Source: Patescibacteria group bacterium (GTDB lineage: Bacteria > Patescibacteriota > Minisyncoccia > Portnoybacterales > UBA2143). From it: a DNA stretch of 64,000 nucleotides. Both the position numbers and the translations under genes were made by a program. The stretch covers positions 193,980 through 257,979 of the forward strand of contig JAHJSM010000001.1 in assembly GCA_018830295.1 (NCBI GenBank), in the 5' to 3' direction. The notes below the pieces were generated by a model that saw nothing but the letters and a program-made list of their open reading frames with translations, had not been told where the DNA came from and did no database searches. Below, piece by piece: positions 28,701 through 37,017 of this stretch. Position 1 is the stretch's first letter. Each line of letters opens with the position of its first letter.

Positions 28701-29796
28701 ATACCTGACTCGCTCTCTCTCTATATTCAAGATTTGACCAAGCTTCTTTAACCATCTCACTCATTTTTTCTCGATAAACGGGATTTTTCCAATTTTTTTT
28801 GTTCAATTCTGACAACATCAAAGCCGCCTTTTCTCTGTTTTCTTTCTTCGCCCAAAATTTTCTTCTTCCTTCGGCAATTTTTTTAACATATCCCGCATCA
28901 TTCTTATGACGCCAAGAAGCAATTTCTTTATGATATTGCCAATGTTCTCCCCATTGCAATCTTAAAATATTATCTGGATTATTATTTAATTTATTAAAAT
29001 CCAAATGGTGTCTAATCTTGCCTTTGTTTTTCTTATAAACTCTATTAGCCAAATTCCATTTGTCAGCCAAACGATGAACAAAATCCCATGTATGTTTAAA
29101 TGGTTGACGAACTACCGCGTAGCCTTTTAGATTAGCATCTTCGCCTTGGTAAATTTCATCGTAAAGCGGCATCAAAGAATCGCTTGGCTTTAAATCTTTA
29201 GCTTTTTTATAAGATCCGTTTCTGACCATAAAAAGATGGTCTAATGTGCATTTAATTTTTTTTCCGTTATCCAGCGTTATCTCCATTACTTTTTCGTCCT
29301 TACGAGTTAATCTAGGATTTTTTATTTCAGCAACTTCTATTTCTTTATTGTCCGAATTAAAAGAAAATGTCCAATTTCTTTTCCCTTTTTTATATTCTTT
29401 AATAAGTTCTCCAAAAGTAAGATCTCGTCCATCAGTTAATTTAATTTTTGTATCTTTTGTAAAACAGCCAAAATTACCTTGCCCTTTGACCATCGGATAT
29501 CGCGCGTGGAATTCTTGTGTCATCTTGACCATTGACTCATAAACAGCCATATCCCCATGCGGATGATATTTGCCGAGCGTCTCCCCCACGATTGTCGCCG
29601 ACTTGCGGAACTTAGCGGAACTGTTCAGCCCCATCCGATGCATGGCATACAAAATACGCCGGTGAACCGGTTTAAGTCCGTCGCGAACATCGGGCAAGGC
29701 GCGCGAAATAATTACGCTCATTGCGTAAGCCAAATACGAATCCTTCATTTCGTCCGTAATCGCCCGTTTTTTTATATATCCTATTTCCATAAACAA
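25786..29796 (-). CDS. gyrA: DNA gyrase subunit A with intein
   Basis: RALPDVRDGLKPVHRR, YHPHGD, AAAPRYTE, GyrA-box QKRGGKG. Confidence 0.96.
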   Translation of the reverse strand: MFMEIGYIKKRAITDEMKDSYLAYAMSVIISRALPDVRDGLKPVHRRILYAMHRMGLNSSAKFRKSATIVGETLGKYHPHGDMAVYESMVKMTQEFHARYPMVKGQGNFGCFTKDTKIKLTDGRDLTFGELIKEYKKGKRNWTFSFNSDNKEIEVAEIKNPRLTRKDEKVMEITLDNGKKIKCTLDHLFMVRNGSYKKAKDLKPSDSLMPLYDEIYQGEDANLKGYAVVRQPFKHTWDFVHRLADKWNLANRVYKKNKGKIRHHLDFNKLNNNPDNILRLQWGEHWQYHKEIASWRHKNDAGYVKKIAEGRRKFWAKKENREKAALMLSELNKKNWKNPVYREKMSEMVKEAWSNLEYRERASQVSSRNMRSLWQRKDFQELMSESKSKELKKKWQDEKYRERMSQMMREISLEIWSDPKHREYISKLTKERFENPEERKRQSEMSKKLWQNPEYRAKYPDDHFSQMAKKLWENPKTREFHSKKATEQWQNPEFSKKMSELTSARNKQRCKENPEFMKDLAGKAKVSLLKNWQNPSYKKRVIKSKILGFVHSLLGKRKKITPEIYERERTNNGVPKLENALNYFSNFSEIVSESKKYNHRIATAKILRKKEDVYDLTIEPHHNFCLGAGIFVHNSMDGDNAAAPRYTEAKMNKIAEEMLADIDKETIDWVDNYDGSTKEPSVLPAKLPQLLLNGGMGIAVGMATNIPPHNLGELIDGIIYLISNPKATVQDLFQFIKGPDFPTGGEIYDRQGMIQAYSSGRGPIVSRAKAEIVEEKAGKFQIIVKEMTYAVNKANLIIKIADLVKSKKLQGIKEIRDESDKDGVRLVIGLKSDTQPQKVLNRLFKLTDLQKTFHLNMLALVDGIQPQVLSLKGVLDEYVKHRRTVVTRRAQFELKQAREREHILLGLNKALDFIDEVIKTIRSSADKDTAHKNLVKRFKLSDLQASAILEMRLQALAGLERQKIKDELEEKKKIIKKLEALLKSQKKIMDLIKKELEELKEKYADKRRTKVFSRPVGELTDEELIPQEENIIILTRGGYIKRMNPQAYKSQKRGGKGVVGITPREEDAVGHFISASTHDPILFFTNQGRVFQIKAYEIPEASRVARGQAIVNILQLGAKEKIATVLDMSGPVEGKYLVMVTKNGIIKRTKIDDFKNTRKSGLIALKLSASDRLRWAVLTSGKDEIVLITAKGQSIRFKEGDVRVMGRGAAGVKGVALKEGDRLIGMGIVEEKAEKKNLKILVVTENGLGKKTDLKYYKTQKRGGMGIKTAKIGEKTGDIVAGHILSPETKDLIAISKQGQVIRMEVKSIPELGRATQGVKIMRLNGNDKVVTAACI
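27895..29466 (-). mobile_element. 524-aa intein in GyrA with HNH endonuclease and helical repeats
   Basis: GQGNFG|CFTKDT...CTLDHLF...RHHLDFNKLNNNPDN...VYDLTIEPHHNF...FVHN|SMDGD. Confidence 0.93.
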
Positions 29797-29805
29797 AAAA
29801 CAAAA

Positions 29806-30120
29806 TTATTTGCTCACTGGCAATCTTATCGGCTTAACCGTTTTTGTATTCTGGGGACTGTCCCCAATTTCAATTTCCTCTTCTACTATATTATCTTCAA
29901 ATAAAGCCCCTACGCTCGCTTTTAACGCTTCCATTAAAGAAGGTGTCTCTTTAATAATTTTCTCCTTCGTTTGAGAAACCTCTTTTACAGAATACTTCAA
30001 AGAAGCGACCCAAAAGGAAACAACAAAAAACGAGCAAACCAAAACAAATGCCCAAAGAATCCGAACGCGAACAACTCGCGGCTTATTCTGAATTTTCTCA
30101 ATAAAATCAATGATATTCAT
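29806..30120 (-). CDS. Small membrane protein (contains half palindrome at 29852-29866)
   Basis: IEKIQNKP..R.RILW plus TM; tGGGGACTGTCCCCa read in frame as GDSP. Confidence 0.65.
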   Translation of the reverse strand: MNIIDFIEKIQNKPRVVRVRILWAFVLVCSFFVVSFWVASLKYSVKEVSQTKEKIIKETPSLMEALKASVGALFEDNIVEEEIEIGDSPQNTKTVKPIRLPVSK

Positions 30121-30124
30121 TGTT

Positions 30125-30739
30125 TTAAATCTTCATCACAACCACTTCCATCCCTCCATTCGTAAAGTCCTTCTTTTTAAGCGTCAGTTTGTCAACGGCC
30201 GTTTTCTCTTCCAGCCCCATTTCTTTCAGAAATTCATCTACTCCCGCTAAATTCTCTTTCAATCCCGGCAGTTTGTATCGCATCGGGATAATAATTTGCG
30301 GCTCAATTTGCTTTGATATTTTAGCCGCTTCTTTCGCTCCAATTGTCTCGCCGCCGCCAACGGGCGCCATTAGAACATCAACCTGTCCAATCGCTTCCAA
30401 CTGTCTGTCCGTCAGTCGCTCCTGTCTTAAATCGCCCAAATGACAAATTCTAATCCCATCGGTTTCTATTAAATAAATTGTATTTTGAAAACTTGAGACC
30501 CCAATAATCCTAATATTTTTCACTTCGTATTCGCCCGGTCCGTTAATAATAAAGGGTTCGCCGCTCATCGCTTTGATATTATTATGATCCTTATGATTGC
30601 GCGAAACCGCAATAATATCCGCGTTCCCTTTTGGAGGATTCAAACCAACCCCCTTGTCAAAAGGGTCAATTATAATAACCAAATGCCCGCCCTGATTAGC
30701 AATCTTGAAACAAGAATGCCCGTACCAGTTAATAATCAT
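30125..30739 (-). CDS. MBL-fold metallo-hydrolase (lactamase_B_3-like)
   Basis: WYGHSCF, IDPF, GPGEYE, HLGDL, APVGG. Confidence 0.85.
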   Translation of the reverse strand: MIINWYGHSCFKIANQGGHLVIIIDPFDKGVGLNPPKGNADIIAVSRNHKDHNNIKAMSGEPFIINGPGEYEVKNIRIIGVSSFQNTIYLIETDGIRICHLGDLRQERLTDRQLEAIGQVDVLMAPVGGGETIGAKEAAKISKQIEPQIIIPMRYKLPGLKENLAGVDEFLKEMGLEEKTAVDKLTLKKKDFTNGGMEVVVMKI

Positions 30740-30834
30740 AAATTAAATTTCCAGCTTTTTAAATCTTATCACACCCGCCTTCTCTTGCCAAGTTGATAAT
30801 CTTGCGTTATACTCTCGGAAGTTAATATTATATT

Positions 30835-31716
30835 ATGAAAAAAGAATCTCAAATCATGAAGGACTTGTTGGAAAAAGAAAAAAAAGCTGTTTCTTTGCCT
30901 CAAGCCGGAGATATCGTTGAAGGCCGCATTATCAAAATTAGCAAAAGCGCTATTATTGTAGAACTCGGTCCTGTGGGAACAGGCGTTGTTTACGGCGGAG
31001 AATTGAAAGATAACCGCGTCATGCTCAAGGAATTGGCGGTCGGACAAGAAATTTCCGCCTTGGTTTTAGATCCCGAAAACGAAGATGGCTTCGTTGAACT
31101 TTCTCTTAAAGAAGCGCATCTGGAAAAAATCTGGAAAGACCTTCAAGCAAAAAGGCAAAGCGATGATGTTATCACCGTCAAAGTCATGGAAGCAAACCGC
31201 GGCGGATTAGTCGTCAGGTTTTCCGACTTAGTCGGCTTTTTGCCCGTCTCCCAATTATCGCACGAAAATTATCCCCGCGTTGAAAACGGCGATAAAAACG
31301 CGATTCTCCAGCAACTTAACCAATTTATTGGAAAAGACATGACTGTTAAAATCATCAATCTTGATAAAAAAGAAGAAAAAATGGTTGTTTCCGAAAAAGC
31401 CGCCCAAGCTGGCAAGACCAAAGAAGACCTCCTTAAATACAAAGAAGGAGATATCGTTGAGGGAACCGTCGCCACGCTCGCTAACTTCGGCGCTTTCATA
31501 AGATTTGACGAAAACATTGAGGGCCTGGCGCACATTTCAGAATTAGAATGGAGAAGAATTGACCACCCCAGCCAAGTCCTTAAATTAAACGAAAAAGTAA
31601 AAGCGAAAATCATCAGCATCCAAAACGGTCAAGTAGCCCTCTCCCTCAAAGCGCTCAAAGAAAGACCTCAAGAAGAAGTCAAAGAAGAGACCAAAGAAGA
31701 AACAAAGGAAGAATAA
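30835..31716 (+). CDS. rpsA: Ribosomal protein S1-like (three S1 domains)
   Basis: ANRGGL, GFLPVSQL, FGAF, EGLAHISEL. Confidence 0.85.
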   Translation: MKKESQIMKDLLEKEKKAVSLPQAGDIVEGRIIKISKSAIIVELGPVGTGVVYGGELKDNRVMLKELAVGQEISALVLDPENEDGFVELSLKEAHLEKIWKDLQAKRQSDDVITVKVMEANRGGLVVRFSDLVGFLPVSQLSHENYPRVENGDKNAILQQLNQFIGKDMTVKIINLDKKEEKMVVSEKAAQAGKTKEDLLKYKEGDIVEGTVATLANFGAFIRFDENIEGLAHISELEWRRIDHPSQVLKLNEKVKAKIISIQNGQVALSLKALKERPQEEVKEETKEETKEE

Positions 31717-31742
31717 AAAAAGCCCCCGCAAGGGGGTTTTTA
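31717..31742 (+). terminator. Intrinsic terminator
   Basis: aaaagccccc-gcaa-gggggttttt. Confidence 0.7.
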
Positions 31743-31782
31743 ACTTATTGCCATATCCAAACATTCTGCTATAATACCCATT

Positions 31783-33606
31783 ATGAAAACATTATTTAAA
31801 AATTTACTCATCGCTTTTTTGGTTTTTCTTTCAATCGCCGGATTTTTCGCTTTAATTAACAGCGGCGTTGAAGAGCCGACTCAAATTTCGCTGACCCAAC
31901 TGGTTGAGCGAATTAACAATGAAGAGATTTCAACCATCACTATCAAAGGTGACGCGCTTGAAATTAAATTAAAAGGCGGAACAGTTGAAAGCGCGACCAA
32001 AGAAAGAGAGGCCTCGCTGACCGAATCGCTCAAAAATTACGGACTTGAAACAGCAAAACTAAAACTAATCAATTTGGAAGTGGAAGGAGAAAGCGGCGCG
32101 GCTTTTTGGCTCGGCACCGTTTTGCCTTTTCTTTTCCCTCTTCTTTTAATCGGCGCTTTCTTTTGGTTTATGCTCCGAGGCGCTCAACGCGGGCAGAGCC
32201 AGGCGTTTTCTTTCGGTCGTTCCAGAGCGCGCCTCATTAGACCCGAAGACAAAAAAAATCGGGTTTCGTTCAAAGATGTCGCTGGATTGAAAGAAGCCAA
32301 GGAAGAACTAAGCGAAATAGTTGAATTCCTTAGAACCCCCAAGAAATTCGTTGACCTCGGAGCCAAAATTCCCAAGGGCGTTTTGCTTATCGGCGCGCCT
32401 GGCACAGGCAAGACCCTTTTGGCGCGCGCCATCGCTTCCGAAGCAAGCGTTCCATTTTTCAGCGTCTCTGGTTCAGAATTCGTGGAAATGTTTGTCGGCG
32501 TCGGCTCATCCCGAGTTCGCGACCTTTTCCAGACCGCCAAAAAGAACGCGCCCTCTTTAATTTTTATTGACGAATTAGACGCCATCGGACGCCAAAGAGG
32601 CGCCGGACTGAGCGGCGGACACGACGAAAGAGAACAAACGCTCAATCAAATTTTAGTTGAAATGGACGGATTTGACCCGAACACAGGCGTAATTTTAATC
32701 AGCGCTACAAACCGTCCCGATGTTCTTGACCAAGCGCTTCTTCGCCCGGGCCGATTTGACCGCCGCATCATTTTAGACCTGCCCGACATTAAAGACCGCG
32801 AAGCAATCCTTAAAATTCACAGCCTCAATAAACCTATGGGCAAAGACGCCAATTTCAAGGAAATCGCCGAGCGAACACCTGGATTTTCCGGCGCCGACTT
32901 GGCAAATTTAGTCAACGAAGCGGCGATTCTAACCGCGCGGCGGAACAAGAAAATCATCGGGCAAAGCGAACTTTTGGAATGTATTGAAAAAGTCATTTTA
33001 GGACCCGAAAGAAAAAGCCACATCTTGTCTAAAAAAGAAAAAGAAATCACCGCCTACCACGAAGCCGGACACGCCCTACTCACGACCCTTCTCCCCAACG
33101 CCGACCCAGTCCAAAAAGTTTCCATCATCGCCCGCGGTTCAGCCGCTGGCTATACTCTCAAACTCCCTATTGAAGATAAACACCTCCACAGCCGTTCCGA
33201 GTTTATGGATGAATTAGCCGTCCTTTTAGGCGGATACGCTGCCGAAAAAATCGTCTTTAACGAGCTCACCACTGGCGCTTCCAACGACCTTCAAAAAACA
33301 AACGAACTCGCCCGCCGTTTAGTGACTAAATATGGAATGAGCGAAAAAATGGGACCGAGAACTTTTGGCGGACGAGAAGAAATGGTTTTCTTAGGACGAG
33401 AAATGGCGAATGGAAAGGACTATTCTGAAGAAATAGCAAAACAAATTGACGAAGAAATCGCCGAATTTATTGACAACGCCTACCGAGTCGCCGAAGATAT
33501 CTTAATCAAAAACAGAAAGAAATTAGACCGAATCGCCAAAGAACTAATCAAAAAAGAAACGATCGAAAGAAAGGACTTTGAAAGATTGCTAAAAAGAAAG
33601 GTTTAG
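31783..33606 (+). CDS. ftsH: ATP-dependent zinc metalloprotease FtsH
   Basis: [29 protein letters not shown]. Confidence 0.96.
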   Translation: MKTLFKNLLIAFLVFLSIAGFFALINSGVEEPTQISLTQLVERINNEEISTITIKGDALEIKLKGGTVESATKEREASLTESLKNYGLETAKLKLINLEVEGESGAAFWLGTVLPFLFPLLLIGAFFWFMLRGAQRGQSQAFSFGRSRARLIRPEDKKNRVSFKDVAGLKEAKEELSEIVEFLRTPKKFVDLGAKIPKGVLLIGAPGTGKTLLARAIASEASVPFFSVSGSEFVEMFVGVGSSRVRDLFQTAKKNAPSLIFIDELDAIGRQRGAGLSGGHDEREQTLNQILVEMDGFDPNTGVILISATNRPDVLDQALLRPGRFDRRIILDLPDIKDREAILKIHSLNKPMGKDANFKEIAERTPGFSGADLANLVNEAAILTARRNKKIIGQSELLECIEKVILGPERKSHILSKKEKEITAYHEAGHALLTTLLPNADPVQKVSIIARGSAAGYTLKLPIEDKHLHSRSEFMDELAVLLGGYAAEKIVFNELTTGASNDLQKTNELARRLVTKYGMSEKMGPRTFGGREEMVFLGREMANGKDYSEEIAKQIDEEIAEFIDNAYRVAEDILIKNRKKLDRIAKELIKKETIERKDFERLLKRKV

Positions 33607-33620
33607 GGTATGATATCGCC

Positions 33621-33694
33621 GGGCGCGTAGCTCAGCTGGTTAGAGCACCTAGCTTATATCTAGGCGGTCCCTGGTTCGAATCCAGGCGCGCCCA
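33621..33694 (+). tRNA. tRNA-Ile(TAT)
   Basis: GGGCGCG acceptor, cctag-ctTATat-ctagg, A73. Confidence 0.85.
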
Positions 33695-33705
33695 CGCGTT
33701 TTTTC

Positions 33706-33782
33706 GGGCGGTTAGCTCACTTGGTTAGAGCGCGTCGTTGACATCGACGAGGTAACTGGTTCGAATCCAGTATCGCCCACCA
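33706..33782 (+). tRNA. tRNA-Val(GAC)
   Basis: cgtcg-ttGACat-cgacg; encoded CCA. Confidence 0.93.
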
Positions 33783-33818
33783 ATAAAAATCCCGCATAAC
33801 GCGGGATTTTCCGCGCAA

Positions 33819-33850
33819 AGGGGACTGTCCCCTCTTGGGGACAGTCCCCG
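33819..33850. repeat. G4 palindromic doublet between tRNAs
   Basis: agGGGGACTGTCCCCtcttGGGGACAGTCCCCg. Confidence 0.85.
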
Positions 33851-33895
33851 GATTACTTGCCACTCGGCTAAAATACTGGTATTTTATCATAGTAC

Positions 33896-33967
33896 GGGCC
33901 AGTGGTTTAGTGGTATAACGCCTCCTTTGCAAGGAGGAGGTCGCGGGTTCGATTCCCGCCTGGTCCA
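33896..33967 (+). tRNA. tRNA-Ala(TGC)
   Basis: cctcc-ttTGCaa-ggagg; G3:U70. Confidence 0.92.
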
Positions 33968-33968
33968 C

Positions 33969-34673
33969 ATGTCTATCACCCTCAAAATTATTTACGAAAA
34001 CGATGATTTTCTTGTTCTTGAAAAACCAGCTGATTTGACCGTCCACCCTGTAAAGCCAGAACAGAAAAACACATTGGCGGATTTAATTGTGGCGCGATAT
34101 CCAGAAATTAAAGGAGTTGGGGAAGATCCCTTGCGGCCGGGAATCGTTCATCGGCTGGACAAGGACACTTCGGGATTGATGGTTGTCGCGAAAAACAACC
34201 AAAGTTTTAATTATCTTAAAAAGCAATTTCAAGATAGAAAGGTGGAAAAAGAATATTTGGCCTTAGTCGTGGGAAAAATAAAAGACAAAAAGGGAACAAT
34301 TACCAAATCAATCAGCCAATCAAAAAAAGACCACAAAAAAAGAAGCGCCCTTTTGGGAGAAAAATCAAAACCCGCTTGGACCGAATACGAGGTCTTGGAA
34401 TATTATAAACAATACACCCTCGTCAAAGCAATGCCAAAAACGGGGCGGACACACCAAATCAGAATCCATTTGGCATCCATTGGATACCCCATCGCCGGCG
34501 ACAAACAATATAAATTCAAAAGACAACCTTGCCCCAAAAACCTTTCAAGGCAATTTCTTCATTCCTACTACTTGAAATTTCAAACAACTGATGGTAAGAT
34601 GATTGCGTTCAAATCAGAACTTCCGCAGGACCTAAAAGAAGTTCTTAAAGACCTTGAAAAAATTTATGAATAA
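33969..34673 (+). CDS. RluA family pseudouridine synthase
   Basis: [29 protein letters not shown]. Confidence 0.92.
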   Translation: MSITLKIIYENDDFLVLEKPADLTVHPVKPEQKNTLADLIVARYPEIKGVGEDPLRPGIVHRLDKDTSGLMVVAKNNQSFNYLKKQFQDRKVEKEYLALVVGKIKDKKGTITKSISQSKKDHKKRSALLGEKSKPAWTEYEVLEYYKQYTLVKAMPKTGRTHQIRIHLASIGYPIAGDKQYKFKRQPCPKNLSRQFLHSYYLKFQTTDGKMIAFKSELPQDLKEVLKDLEKIYE

Positions 34674-35037
34674 AATTGACGCGTTCAACAAAAAAAATAT
34701 AAAAAGCGATTTGCCCGAAATCAGGACCGGATACACTATCCGCGTCCACCAAAAAATAAAAGAGGGAGAAAAACAAAGAATTCAAATCTTTGAGGGCTTG
34801 GTTATTGCCTGCAAGCACGGCAAAGGAATTAATTCCACCATCACCGTCCGAAAAATCAGCCAAGGAATTGGCGTTGAAAGAATTTTTCCAATCCACGCGC
34901 CTTTTATTGAAAAAATAGAAGTCATCCGCAAACACAAAGTCCGCCAAGCCAAACTCTACTACATCCGCCACAAATCAACTAAGGAATCTCGCCTCAAAGA
35001 AATAAAAGAAAAGCCCGCCAAGAAAAAAGAAAAATAG
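34666..35037 (+). CDS. rplS: 50S ribosomal protein L19
   Basis: [26 protein letters not shown]. Confidence 0.95.
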   Translation: MNKIDAFNKKNIKSDLPEIRTGYTIRVHQKIKEGEKQRIQIFEGLVIACKHGKGINSTITVRKISQGIGVERIFPIHAPFIEKIEVIRKHKVRQAKLYYIRHKSTKESRLKEIKEKPAKKKEK

Positions 35038-35045
35038 CCCCCGCC

Positions 35046-35129
35046 GCCCAGGTGATGGAACTGGTAGACATGCAAGCTTGAGGGGCTTGTGCTCGCAAGA
35101 GCGTGAGGGTTCAAATCCCTCCCTGGGCA
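35046..35129 (+). tRNA. tRNA-Leu(GAG)
   Basis: caagc-ttGAGgg-gcttg; long variable arm. Confidence 0.92.
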
Positions 35130-35136
35130 CAAAGAC

Positions 35137-35170
35137 TGGGGGCTACCCTCGCAACGGGGGCAGCCCCCAT
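35137..35170. repeat. G4 palindromic doublet (degenerate)
   Basis: tGGGGGCTACCCTCgcaacGGGGGCAGCCCCCat. Confidence 0.8.
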
Positions 35171-35286
35171 TTAAAAAAACGCCACCCGGCGTTTTTTTTG
35201 ATTCCCCCTTGCTATTTTTTAAAATCTATCGTATCCTATCCCCAATCAAAAAACCCGTAACTTAACAACCAAAAAGGAGGGATAAG

Positions 35287-35727
35287 ATGAGTCTATTTTC
35301 GTTTTTTGAAAGAAAAATTGTCGCTGAATGTGGACACACTACAAAAAGAAAGGATAAAATAGTGGCGTTTGGCGAAGGGACAATCACTGAAATTACTTTT
35401 GAAGACGGTAAAACGCCATATTGCCATCAATGTCTTGAAAAAATGGCTATCAGGTGCGCTTGGTGTGGACATGTAATTTTTATCGGCGATCCAATTACTT
35501 TATACACCCCGGCAAAAAAAGATTTTAAAATATCAGATTACGCCACCGTGTACAACAAAAACCCGCTACAATTAGTCGGTTGCTTGAGATGGGATTGCGC
35601 TGAAACAGGCGCGGATAGGGCTGGATTTTGGATGCCACCTGGAAAGGTTGAACGAGTGCCAACCGCGTTTGAACGAATTATGATGGGTGAGAACGCAGTA
35701 GTTATCGGAGATCTTAGCAAAGCGTAA
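35287..35727 (+). CDS. Hypothetical Cys-rich protein
   Basis: CGH, CHQC, CAWC, CLRWDC; AGGAGG SD. Confidence 0.7.
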   Translation: MSLFSFFERKIVAECGHTTKRKDKIVAFGEGTITEITFEDGKTPYCHQCLEKMAIRCAWCGHVIFIGDPITLYTPAKKDFKISDYATVYNKNPLQLVGCLRWDCAETGADRAGFWMPPGKVERVPTAFERIMMGENAVVIGDLSKA

Positions 35728-35810
35728 AAATAACTAATTCCCCGTGGCCTTGATTAAATAATAATCGAGGCCATTTTATTTCCGCCAACATATTAGACGT
35801 TCAACGTCTA

Positions 35811-35878
35811 ACACCCCATTCGGCTATCCGATAGCCGAATTAGGCGAATCTCTCTTGCCACTCGCTTAGGAGGTTGAA
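35811..35878. repeat. 68-bp direct repeat, copy 1 (palindrome B plus orphaned MFS 3' end)
   Basis: 61/68 identical to 36950-37017. Confidence 0.9.
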
Positions 35879-35881
35879 AAA

Positions 35882-36913
35882 CTATTTTGCTTTATTCTTA
35901 ACTTGCCGCGCTCTCGCTTTTTTCAGCGATTCAAAATGTAATATGCCGCTTTCATCTTTGTCGGTCATATTGCCAAGCAAACGAAAACTTCCCTCGCCAA
36001 AAGTTTTTTCAACAAGACGCGCGATAGGCAAAAGATGTCCAGTAAAATGCGACTTCAAAAACTCTTTAGAAACATCATCCGCGCTTTGATACTGATTTGG
36101 AAATTCTTTTTGTATCTCGCCGCAAACATAATCAAGAGTTTGTCTCTGAGGAAGATAGGAAAAAAACCAACCGCCCTCGCATTTTTTGTTCACGTAAATT
36201 ATTTCGTCCTCTGAAATATTCTTTTTTTTCGCTAATTCCTTCTTAAATTTCTTGGCTTCATCCGACATCATCCATTCTTTTTCCTCTTTCATTTCTGGCG
36301 TTTCAAAAAGTTTGCTTAAGAAAATTTTTTCTTGAGCCGAAACAATCGCTTCGTGCAGTCCGACGAAGTGCCTATGTTGCCCTCCATAATGGTCATGTCT
36401 CTGCGACGATCCCACAGTCATTCCTTCTCTGTAGGATGTTTTTTCGACTTTTTCATTTTTTTCTTCAACTTCAATAGAATAATATCCCTTAAGGTGCAAT
36501 GTCTCGTGAAAAGCGACTGAGCCAAAATGAGCAAGATTATCTCTGTATTCTTCGGCGTTAAAGACAACCCCCTGTTTGACAAAAAAAGCCCCTGCGCTAT
36601 GGTTGCCGCTGCCAATAATCTCTTTATATAATTCTGGGGGTATAATATGGTAATTTTCCGCCGAAATATTGTATGTCTCCACGCCTGCTTCGCGCATTAA
36701 TTTATTTGTTTCTTGATTCGCAAAATCAATTAGAGCAAGTTCTTTTTCCGATTTTGGATATTCAAATTTGGCCAACTGCTCTCGCGCTCGCAGAGGCAAT
36801 GATTCAAAATGGTCAAAGAAGGCCTGCTCCGCCTCTTTTTTGGCCTGCTCTTTTTTTTCAAAAGAAGCATTCCCAACCACACTAATTTTTGGACCTTTCT
36901 CCATATTTTCCAT
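35882..36913 (-). CDS. Putative zincin-like metallopeptidase
   Basis: FHETLH (HExxH) and downstream GLHEAIV. Confidence 0.6.
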   Translation of the reverse strand: MENMEKGPKISVVGNASFEKKEQAKKEAEQAFFDHFESLPLRAREQLAKFEYPKSEKELALIDFANQETNKLMREAGVETYNISAENYHIIPPELYKEIIGSGNHSAGAFFVKQGVVFNAEEYRDNLAHFGSVAFHETLHLKGYYSIEVEEKNEKVEKTSYREGMTVGSSQRHDHYGGQHRHFVGLHEAIVSAQEKIFLSKLFETPEMKEEKEWMMSDEAKKFKKELAKKKNISEDEIIYVNKKCEGGWFFSYLPQRQTLDYVCGEIQKEFPNQYQSADDVSKEFLKSHFTGHLLPIARLVEKTFGEGSFRLLGNMTDKDESGILHFESLKKARARQVKNKAK

Positions 36914-36949
36914 ATTAAGATTTTATCACTTTTTTCAATTATAGAAAAG

Positions 36950-37017
36950 ACACCCCATTCGGCTATCCGATAGCCGAATTAGACGAACCTTTCCTGCCGC
37001 TCGCTTAGGAGATTAAA
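36950..37017. repeat. 68-bp direct repeat, copy 2 (includes live MFS stop codon)
   Basis: acaccccattcggctatccgatagccgaattagacgaacc... Confidence 0.9.
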
